The notes beneath the pieces were generated by a model, which was not told where the DNA came from, made no database searches, and saw only the letters and a list, made by a program, of their open reading frames with translations. Positions 12,501 to 22,889 of a stretch of DNA of 64,000 bases are shown here, in pieces. Within the stretch, counting starts at the first letter, position 1; each line of letters starts with the position of its first letter. The DNA lies in contig JAAOMT010000295.1 in NCBI GenBank assembly GCA_016748015.1, forward strand, positions 434,001 through 498,000. The letters are read 5' to 3'. A program made the position numbers and the translations under genes. The DNA is from Geosiphon pyriformis uo1 (Eukaryota > Fungi > Glomeromycota).

Positions 12501-15207
12501 AACAGGTACAAATTTCATATTCCTCTTCTGGAAAAATACATGCTCCCATTGATGAAAGTTTTTTGTTGCAATTTTTGGATTTAAGTAGAATATAGGATGG
12601 TTGTTTCTATGGTTCTGGTGTAGAATATCTAACTTTCTTCTATCCTTTTGATTCTTCAAAAATCTCCTATTCTGTTTCTTCAGCCCAATTGGATGTTGAT
12701 CCAAAAGCCATGTAGGTTTCAGTAAGTGGCATTTTTTTCTCCTTTTTAAATTCAAATATTGGGGCTTTTTCTGATCATTTGTTAAAAATACTACAAGTAG
12801 CAGGTACTATGGTGTATTGTCTTTGGTATGAGATTTTTAATTCCTAAGTTTCCCAGTCCAAGTTTGCATTGGCCTTAAGAAGCCAATCATTTCCGACCAG
12901 AGCTTGGTATTAGGGTGCATCCATGATTAGAACTTTGACTGAAATGGTGATTCCATCAATGGTGAATGGAAAATTGTCAATTTCTCCTACTGGTGTCTTT
13001 TTTATACTATTTGCTGTAACAATTACAGTTTGGGCTGGTCTGTTAACAGTTCTTTGAAGCTGTTGTATTAACTGGTAGGTAATAATACTTCCAGCTAATC
13101 TACTGTCTAGAATTAGTCAGATGGGTTTTCCTTCTACTGTAGCTTCAGTGTACATGGCAGTGATAGCTCTTTGTTCATTAGCTGCTGCATTACTAAGCAA
13201 GAATGGTGATTCATTTGCTTCAAATTCGAATGAGAATATATCTGAAAGGTTGGCATTTTGGGCAATTTGAGCTGGTGGAATAGTGTTGTTAGAAAAGTTT
13301 GATCTAAGTGTTACAACTTTATCTTCAGAAAGTACAGGTTGTTGAAAATCCGATTTCTCTGGTATTGTAAGATAACTGGGTTGAGTGTGATAGTAATTGG
13401 GTCTTTGCTGACCAGAATTTTGGAAAACCAACTGGTTATTTGAATTGATTCTGTTGTTGTTATTTTGAAATTGATTTTGGGATGTGAATTGGTTATGTTG
13501 AACCAATCTTCTTGCTGGTACTTGATATTGTTGAGTGGGTGGTGTCTGATATGGCTGAATTGGTAAAGATTGTTAATATTGTTGCTACATTGGTTGTGGA
13601 GCTGGTTGATAGTAACTGTTTTGATTTTGTGGTCTTGGTAAATAATAGGTTGGTGATAGAAATTGGTAATAAGATTGTTGTAGTAAAGAGTAATGTTGAT
13701 TACTCCTGTTTTGTTGGTCTCTTTGTAATTTCCTACAATCTCGTTTCCAGTGTCCTGGAATTCCACAATAATGACAATTTTGAAGTTGGTTGTTGAATGG
13801 TGATCCAAAATTGTTTTGGTTGCATCATTGTGGGGATTGATATCTTTGTGGTTGTTGTTGCTGTTGTTGTTGGTTTGTGAAGTAGCTTTCAACCTTCTTT
13901 GTGAGTTGGTCTATCTTCTCTTCAGCTGCTAAACTGGTTTCTCCAATAGCTAGGTTGATGAGTTTGGTGTGGTTTGCTTCTTCCATAGCCATTTTATAGT
14001 TCTTTGCATGTCTGATGGCAGTTGTTAAGTCTGCTGGTGCATGTGGACAGACTTTCTTAATCAATTTGTCTTTTAATCCTGCTATAAACTGATCCAGAAT
14101 CTGAGCATTAGAATAGTAGTCATTGGTTTCCAATTGTTGAATTTGTCAAAGAAGTTTGTTGAATCTCCCAAGATAGGTCATGACAGTTTCAGATGTTTCT
14201 TGTTTGATATTGTGAAAGCAATTGCAGAGAGTGATAGAGGTGTTGTTGTCAGTGAATTGTTGTAAGAAAATATCTTTGAATGCTTGTCAGTTCTCAAATG
14301 GTTCTTCTAAATTTTCAAACCATTCTCCTGCTGTTCCTTAGAGAAAGTAGGGAATTTCTTTGAGCATTCTTGCTGCAATCCAACCATTTGCATCTTCTGC
14401 TTTTTGAACTTTGTCAAGTCATTCTTGAGGACTGGTATTATTGTCTTTACCAGTAAATTCTGGAATTTTTGCAATGTAAGCAGTTGTCATTTCTTCTTCA
14501 TTTCCTGTGATTTCTTTTGGTTCTGATTCAGTTTCTTTACTTTCCAAGCTTTCTGAATGATTACTTTTATTTTCCTGTAAGTAATCAATGATATTGGCAC
14601 TTGTTGATATTAGTTCTTGTTGTTGAGTAGGATTTCTAGGTGACTGAAAATCTTTTGGTCTGGAGAAACGGTTAAGTAGTGAACTTAGTGTTTGTGATTG
14701 AACAAGTGAAATTGGAAATAGTGTTATAGAAAGTGGTAATTTGACACTGGTTCCTTGTTTAGGTGTTTGCAAGTGTTTGGCAGTTGTCTTTGGTAGTATT
14801 GGAGTGTTTGGAGTAGTTCTTGAGTATTGTTTTACTTTTTGTTTGCCTTTGTTGCTTGTTTCTGTTTCTGATTCAAAGTTAAAAGAGTATTTGGGCTGTA
14901 CTGGGTATTTTTTTTCACAATACTCAATAATATTAAAATTAAGTTCTTGGAAGTAGGTAGCAAGTGTTTTACTGTTTAGATCTTCTGTTTCCAATTGTGA
15001 ATAGTGCACTAAATTATTGTAGAGATTGCTTCTAACTTCTAAAATGTTGTAGTTTCCAAAAAGATAATTGTTGATGCAATTTTTAATGTATTGGTATACT
15101 GATTTCTTGACAACTTCAATTCCGTCTGGGATGTTGAATCTTTGCTTGCAGTGGGTGTAAATTGACTGATGATACTCTAGAGTTGTTGTGTTTGGTGTGA
15201 TCGCCAC
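9589..15207 (-). pseudogene. Family B polyprotein: pre-Gag domain, Gag (CCHC), protease, Cys-rich domain, dUTPase, RT, RNase H
   Basis: ORF fragments starting at 15207, 14133, 13506, 12240, 11760, 11259, 10674 and 10305 are all in one frame; motifs IAKIPEFTG, LILDSRLAGSII, FSTLDLES, IYLDDT, FVGLASYYRKFI, VTDAS, LSRMR-stop. Confidence 0.92.
11428..11840 (-). pseudogene. dUTPase domain within the family B polyprotein
   Basis: dUTPase motifs 1-5 in order: AHEIDAGYDL, QIVSRLLLA, GVIDAEYTGDI, KIAQAI, RETQGFGSTG. Confidence 0.92.
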
Positions 15208-15232
15208 TTTGAATTTGTTATTGCTGTGTTAT

Positions 15233-15250
15233 TTCCGTGGGAGAGCACCA
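15233..15250 (-). promoter_or_regulatory. Primer binding site of the family B element (TGGTGCTCTCCCACGGAA)
   Basis: TGG-initiated sequence 2 nt downstream of the 5' LTR; shares TTTGGTGCTC with the family A PBS; primer tRNA not assigned. Confidence 0.85.
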
Positions 15251-15252
15251 AA

Positions 15253-16223
15253 TGTTACCGGAGGTTTTTGGTTTCTTTTCTTGAATGTTGTAAATGTTTG
15301 TTGGTTGCAAATTCACGTTTTCTAGAAGTAGTTGAACCTCCAGTAACTGAATTTATCTTCAAATTATCTCCTATAATTTGAACTGCTGGGCTTATAAGTG
15401 GAATGCCAATTCTTTGCCAGTTACTTTATGTAGTTACGTTGTAGTAAATGTCAACTCTTTCTCAGGAATTGCTCGTCTGGAAGCTCACTAAAAATGTGTA
15501 GTTACTTTGCTGTGAAAGTCAACTCTTCTACAGAAATCTCGTCTGTAGACTATCCTAATAATTGTAATAAGAAAAGAAAAGAAAAATAAAAGAAATGTAA
15601 AAGAAATAAGATTTTATCAAGAGAAACGTTTTCTATCCAGACCTGGAGTCACTAACAGTTTATTGAAATTGGTAGCTAATCAATTTCAAAACGTTAGTTG
15701 TGTTGAGGGAATTTCAAGTGTAATAATTTAAGAATTTGGTTTTTGAATATTTAATTTTTATTTGATTTTGTAAAAGGTAATTTGTTTCAATTAAGATATC
15801 TAAAGTAAGATACTATAATAAGATACTATGAGAAGATACATTTCCTTGAAGAGAAAAGCTCTTCTTTTATACAACTTGTTGTAGTACTAGTCTTTGAACT
15901 TGCACTTTTCTCTTTGCTACAATTTGAGTGAACTAAAGATACATTTCGGCAAATTTACAAGTTATTTTACTGAACTATTAATTATTTCGGCGAATTTTCA
16001 TTAATTTCGGCGAATTTTGACTATGTTAAAAGGTTCAGGATATTGTGTAATTTGATTATCTTAATTTCTAGAGTACAAATCGGATTATTGATTGAGTAAT
16101 GATATTTGATAATTTGATTAAATAATAAGTGATAATCGAATTAATAATAATGTATGCTAATTAATAATAGGAATTATAAGGGTAATTTCATGCTAATTAA
16201 TAGCTAAAATTCTACTGGTAACA
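15253..16223 (-). repeat. 5' LTR of the family B element
   Basis: Direct repeat of 6319-7289, adjacent to the PBS. Confidence 0.96.
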
Positions 16224-16653
16224 CCAGTTACTTATAAAAATTGTGTATTAGCACAATATATTGCATATTTCTTTTTAACCAAGAATATTATTTCATATTT
16301 TTTTATTAAGTAGTGTTTTTTTACAAGTGAAACATGATTTGTTGTCTTACTTTCTCTGTTATTTTGAATAACCAAAGCATTCTTGGTGACATGTTTTGCA
16401 ATAATAGTAGATATATATGTAATAATCTTCTTTAAGCAATATTTAAGCTTTCATAAAGGAGAGCTTTTTTTTGCAGTCTTTGTATTTAAATAGAATATAG
16501 AATAGTTCTTTTTTTGGTGTAATAAGTAGGGTACATGTCAACTGTAAACTGTTTTTTTAATAATAATAATGTTTTGAGAGTTGTTTTTTTTTTTTTTCTT
16601 TGTTATCTTAAAAAAGTATAGATAACAATTTGTTGTGCTTGTCTTCAGTCTAT

Positions 16654-18792
16654 TTTTATCAAATAAAAATTAACAAAAATAAAATAAAATAAAATAAAAT
16701 ATGATAATATATTAACCAATTAATATAAATAGCACAGAACAATAAATAAGAACAGAAAAACATAACATGTACATAATAACATGCAAAATGTACACAAACA
16801 TATCCAATCTAATATAATTACAAACAATTGAGCTAAAAGACACTTATAGTTAAACAAAAAACCTAATAGCTTAGCAATTACTCACTAATCAATTAGAATA
16901 GACACAATCATATATAACTTAAAACATATATATATATAATAGCTTCTAAACTAAAAAAAAAGAACAGACAAGAAAATAATAAAAAAGTTAATTAGACTAA
17001 AAATCAAAAAAAAATAAAGAAGAAGTAAAAAAATTATAATCTAAATTTTTTTAAGAAGCTAGAAGTGTAATCTTTCAACTTTGCATAATACTATCTATTA
17101 ATATAACAACCAGTAAAAATTAGAAATCTTTTTTTTTTTATAATTCAGTTCTCCAAATAAACCAACAAACTACTTCTTCTTTGGGTCACCAGCACTTTTT
17201 ATTGAAAAAAAAACAATAACAGTCAAAATGGCCAGACATGCCAATAAGATGTCAGTAAAGCTTCAAACTAGAAACACAAATTGACACTAACTTAAAACAA
17301 ATAGTAATTTCATAAAATCAATAAGAAATTAATTATAATATCTGAACCAAAAATTAGCAGTTAACTTAAAAATTCAAAATGTGTTCTTTATATCTTGAAA
17401 AATAATCTCTGATCAAGATTATTTATAAATATTAACTTTGTTAAAATTTTAATTGCTTGAAATCTTTTTTTAAAAATAGAGTACTGCTTTACTATAAGTA
17501 AAAAAATACAGACATTTAACATTGTTACTTATAGAATATAAGAAATATATTAGTAGATAAATTAACCAATTAAAGATAGATATAGTAAATATAGAATTCC
17601 AGAATTCCTCTTAGAAAAATTGTAGGATTCTAGGAATTTTAGGATTCTCATATAAGGAATTGCAAGATTTCAGAATTTCAGGATTTCTCTCAAAGAAATT
17701 ACAGGATTTCAGAGATTTCAGGATTCCTGGTGTAAAGAATTAAGAAATTAAGAAATCCAATTATGTATATATAGCAATAGCATTAGAAGTAGAAAAAACA
17801 GATCTCTTAGTTTAGATTTAATTTAAGCAATCTTTCAAATCACAAACATCAATAAATAATTATTTGCTATCTTAATCTACTCTTCATTATCAACACTTTA
17901 TGTTGATAGTAGCTGATATTTAACTACACTAGAACAATAGTTTTTGATCACAGCTATTGACAGAATATTAACATTTATTGTCTTGGCTTATTTTTTTCTT
18001 TTTATTTTATTTTATTTTATTTTATTTTGTTGTTATTTCTTGTTGTTAACTAATTAATTAAGAACTAAAAACACTGAGTTATTGATGTCAAAAATTGCTT
18101 GGTAAAAGACCCCTATAAGTAAATAGAACACATAAAAAATATGGATTATTTACCAAAGAATTGCCGGCTACCAAGCTAAGAAAAAAATTGATAGAATTGT
18201 GATTCTGAAAGGCTACTAAAAACAACTATTGAATTTTTGTCCATTATACAAAGAATTCAACCAAAACCTTCAAACCACAACAACCTTCTAATATTACCAA
18301 CTATTTCAAGCTATTAAGTACTAAATTACAGATTTGTTATTTAAATCCAACACCAAATAATTACCTGTAACAACATTAGCACAAGATAACAGAGCATTTC
18401 CATAGAAGTCTTAAGAAAAAACACAATTGAAAGTATAGAAATACAACAAAATTTTTTTTTTGAAGGTTAACATAGCAAGAGCTACTCATAGCAATTTTGA
18501 CAAAACATTATATCAACATAAAAAATTAAATAAAAAAACACTTACCAAAAGAAATTATCTTATACTGTTAGGAGTTAAAGAAAAATTTACCAGACTAACT
18601 TTCAGATTCTTAAATAAAAGAAGTAATAATAATCTATCAAACAGAAATTTAATATAAATTAAAACAATGACAATTGAGACTGATATACTTATTTATACAT
18701 TAAAATCATATAATTTCTTGTATTATTATTACTTAATCTAAGACTGTAAAAGTTAAACATAGTATAATTACTAAAATAATAATTCTATAATA
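16654..18792. mobile_element. Unclassified decayed insertion (about 1.3 kb net), possibly a solo LTR of a third family; itself interrupted by a solo LTR
   Basis: Interrupts the host element, flanked by CTAT/CCAT (16650-16653, 18793-18796); right end aataataattctataata resembles the family A LTR end; TATA-like run near 16925. Confidence 0.5.
17523..18372 (+). repeat. Solo LTR, family A variant
   Basis: TGTTAC...TGTAACA termini, identical TSD ACAT (17519-17522, 18373-18376); shares TATA/R/U5 blocks with the other family A LTRs. Confidence 0.92.
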
Positions 18793-19217
18793 CCATGAAA
18801 CTTAATAGGCTTCTTAAGTAAGTTTGTTTATTTCTTTTTTGAATTTAATCTGTAATTATAATTAGGTTGTTTTAAAATAGTCACAGATAGTTAGTATCTA
18901 AATATGCTAATTATTTTAACTAAGCTATAGCTCTTAAGTGTTTCAGTTAAACACAATATTGGTCTTAGACAGCCAGTTATTACCAACAAAAGCTTGGTAT
19001 TATATAACTTCTATGATAAGAATTTTGATAGATGTGATGATGCTATTAACTTCAAAAGAGAAGTTATTGATTTCATCAATAAGAGTTTTGTTGTTTCATT
19101 GGCTGTAATAATTCTGATGCTGGCAGTATAATTAACTTGGTAATCTAATTGGTCTATGAGTTGTTGTGTAATAATGCTGTTTGTTGACCTGTTATTAAGA
19201 ATTAATTTGATAGATTG

Positions 19218-21136
19218 GCAAAAAACAACTAATAATATACAAAAGTTACAAGCAAAACAAAAAAAATAACATAACAATCAGTTATTAAATAAACCAGTCA
19301 AATTCAAAATTGAAGACAAAATACTTTTACATTATACCAAAGTAAAAAAACAATGAAGTGGAAAATTTAATCCCAAATAAAATAGTCTATTTTACATTGA
19401 AAAATTCTGGAAAATAGAGTATACAAATTAAGATAGAACAATAAAATCTTAGCCAAAGTAGTACATAGTAATTAATTATAATTATATTACAATATAGTAT
19501 TATTATCTACTAGTAATATTCTATAATTGGAAATACAATAAATACAAATCAAACCAAATAAGATTTTATAAGATCTAGAACCAATCATAATCATTAAAAC
19601 AAACACATTAAATTGATTAACCAAAACAGTATATAAAAAACTAATACATGTAATAAAAGCAATAACAAAGATAAAAATTATTAACAATATTTACTCACTT
19701 GTATAACAATTTTTACAACTTATTCAACATTAAAAATCAAGTCTTGAAGTTATTATTAATAAATAAACAATACAATATAAAGACAAAAAAATAATTCAAA
19801 AATTTCAAAATAAAAAACAATACCTTAAATATCATATTTTTAAAAATCCAATAGACAAAATAATGAGAAAAATGGAAAAAACATTGAAAATTTCAAGAAT
19901 ATTAATACCAAATAAAGAATTTGTCTTAAAAAATTGGAATCAATAGACATAACAAATTCTTAAGAACTTCTGCTATTATTAATTAAGACAGAAAATAAAT
20001 ATTCAGAACTTATATACAAATAAGACCAAAAAGATGTTTGATCTAACTATAGTACAACAAATTAAACAAGTTATGAGAAAAAACAATTTATCTACATACA
20101 CAAAAGTCATCTACTAATTATAAATAAGATTTTAAAATTAGCTAAAAATATTGCTATATCCAAAAATAAGTACAATAATTATTAATCAACTAAGGAAATT
20201 AACCAATATCCAATTTAAAGAATTGCAAACCAGAATTACAAAAACAATTCTTAAGAAAGAAGTTTTAAAGCTAATTTAAGAAAGAGATTTAAGAGATTTA
20301 GAGCTTAATATTAAAAAAAGGAAATAATGTTACTTATAGAAATTAGGAATTATAATATGTAGATAAAATAGCCAATCAAAAATAGTTATAATAAAAAGAA
20401 GAATTCCAAAATTTTTCTTAAAAAATTGCAGGATTCCAGAATTCCAGAATTTTTTTTAAAAGAATTAAAAAATTTTAAAAAATCTTATATAACACAAATT
20501 ATGTATATATAATAAGAGTATTAGAAGCAAAAAAAACAGATAATTTAATTCAAAACAATAATACTTCTCTTTTCAAAAGATAGTTTTCTATAACTTAAAA
20601 TGGAATTATACTTATATTAATAAAACATCTATTATTATTTGAATTTATATTATTATTACTTAATTAAAGAATATTAATTTATTTTATACTATTAACACTC
20701 CATGTTGATAGAATCCAATACTTAACTATACTGGACCAATAGCTCTTAATCATGGTTATTAACAAGATACTAATTTTTTATTTTCTTTTTATTTTTTTTT
20801 ATTTTTTTTTGTTTTCTTTGTGGTTTATTAATTGATTAAAAAAATTAAGCATTAAGTAATTAACATCAAAAATAGCCTAATAAAAGATCCAAAAACAAGA
20901 GTAAAAATTTAAAGATAACTTACCAGAAAAGCATAACTGCCAAAATAAACTGGTTATTACACTGAAAAAAAAATTCACAAAAAAAACCATTAATTGAATT
21001 TCTGTTTATTATACAAAGAACTCAACTAAAATCTTTAAACTTCAAAACTTTTAGAGATTACTATTATTAACAGCTATTGAACATTAAGTTATGGGTTTGT
21101 TATTTGTTTTAACACCCCAAATAATTACTTGTAATA
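19218..21136 (+). mobile_element. 3' fragment of a family A Gypsy element (integrase C-terminus, ORF3, PPT, 3' LTR 20328-21136)
   Basis: Collinear with ~34120-36091; purine tract then TGTTAC at 20328; LTR ends TGTAATA. Confidence 0.88.
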
Positions 21137-22063
21137 GTGTTTATTTTTATGGTGCATTTTATAAAAAACCAAAAAAACCTGAAGTTAATAGTAGTATAAT
21201 TAACTTGTCTGCTGGCTTTTTAAGTTTAAAAAATATTGAAAGCTTTAATACTAAATTTGTAGTGTTCTGAAGAAGCAAAGTTGGTAGTATAACAAGTAGT
21301 ATTAGTAATCTTTCAGATATAAAAAATAGAAAAAACATAATTGTAAAAAAAACCAGTTATATAGATTTAGATATTTCTATAGACAATAAAAATATGGACA
21401 AAACTATATTAAAAAAAACTTGTATTCAAATATACATGTTAAATCACTTATTAACAGCATCTTTATTTAAATAATAATAACAATGTTTTAATATTTCTAT
21501 CTCTTAAATTTGTTGGTTTTAAATAGTTGCTATTAGTTGGATTACATATTCTGTAAAAACGAAATTTTAATATTGTAAAATCTTTTGTATTAAATATTAA
21601 GCTTTCTGTTATACTTGAGAAAACTTTTAATAATAAGTTGATGGCTGTAAAAAAAAATTTTTATTGTGTAGATAGTTTTAAAAGAGCATCCACTTTCTTA
21701 AAATTTTCAGAAATTATTAGATTATCTTTTATATTAGAATCAAGTTTAAAAAAGACTAAAAAAAAGGCTATTAGTGAAAAATTTTTAGTTAATAATGATA
21801 TTAGAAAGATAAACAGCCATACAGTTTAAGAAGTAATTGTTAAAAAAATTCCAATAGATTTTTTTAAATTAACTGTAAAGTTAGTTTTTTCTAAGTTTGG
21901 TAAAATTATGTCAATTAAGATACAGCTTATTAGTCTTTATTAAAAAATCTTGGTTGAGTTTGAATTATCTAAAAGCATTGGTTTGGTCACATCTAAATAA
22001 TTGGTGCTTATAAAAAAAAATTCTGTGCATATGGTATTAACTATTAATAATAAACAAATATAA

Positions 22064-22889
22064 TATTACAAATAATTATTTGGAATGCTAAAACAAATAA
22101 CAAACTCATAATTTGGTGTTTAATAACTGGAAATATTGATAATTTCTGAAGGTTTTTATAAACCAAAGATTTTTGGTTAAGTTTTTTGAATAATAAACAA
22201 AGATTCAATTAATAGTTTCTTTTGAGAATTTTTTTTTAGCATGATGGTCAGTTTATTTTGGCAGTTATGCCTTTTTAATAAGCTATCCTTAAATTTCTAT
22301 TCTTGTTTTCAGGTTTTTTATCAAACTATTCTTGATGTCAAATATTCAGTACTTAATTCTTTTAATTAATTAGTAAACAACAAAAAAATAAAATAAAAAT
22401 AAAATAAAAATAAAAATAAGAAATTAGTATCTTGTTAATAGCTATAATTAAAAGCTATTGGTTAAGTATAATTAAGTATTGAATTCTATTAAAATAAAGT
22501 GTTGATAGTGTAAAATAGATTAATATTTCTTTAATTAAGTAATGATAACATGAATCAAATGATAATTAAATATTTTTATTGATATTAATATAATTCCACT
22601 TTAAGTTATAGAAAACTATCTTTTAAAAAAAGTGGTATAATTGTTTTAAACTCTATTGAATACTTTTTCTGCTTTTAATACTTTCACTATATATACATAA
22701 TTTGTGTTATATAAAATTTTTTAAAATTTTTTAATTCTTTTGAAAAGAATTCTGGAATTTTAGAATTCTGCAATTTTTTAAAAAAAATGAAATTTTTTAA
22801 GAAAAATTCTGAAATTCTTCTTTCTACTATGTCTATTTCTGATTGGCTATTTTACCTATTATTATAATTTCTAATTTTTATAAATAACA
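22064..22889 (-). repeat. Solo LTR, family A, inserted in LINE ORF1
   Basis: Reverse complement of 20328-21136; flanks ATAA/ATAG fit an ancestral ATGG TSD (it falls on a conserved Trp codon of ORF1). Confidence 0.88.

Larger units (their letters stand above)
6319..16223 (-). mobile_element. Full-length Ty3/Gypsy LTR retrotransposon, family B (non-chromovirus, dUTPase-bearing), inactivated by nonsense transitions
   Basis: Two 971-bp LTRs with TGTTAC...GTAACA termini, perfect TSD CCAG (6315-6318, 16224-16227), PBS, PPT, and domain order gag-PR-dUTPase-RT(YLDD)-RH-IN. Confidence 0.97.
1..19217 (-). mobile_element. Highly decayed Ty3/Gypsy element (family A) acting as host; pieces at 1-4972, 5940-6318, 16224-16653 and 18793-19217; 5' part (gag, 5' LTR) missing
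   Basis: Reverse complement is collinear with the element at 25970-36091: RT (ORF 3020-3346, IVYLDNTNIFSKTFDD), integrase ~1200-2500, dUTPase remnant ~4350-4720, protease remnant ~18860-19217. The sequence resumes in register after each nested insertion. Confidence 0.88.

Noticed and set aside
17160-18700. Tyrosine-recombinase or LINE remnant on the minus strand
   Set aside because: Only vague motif resemblance in heavily eroded sequence; no catalytic motif set could be supported.
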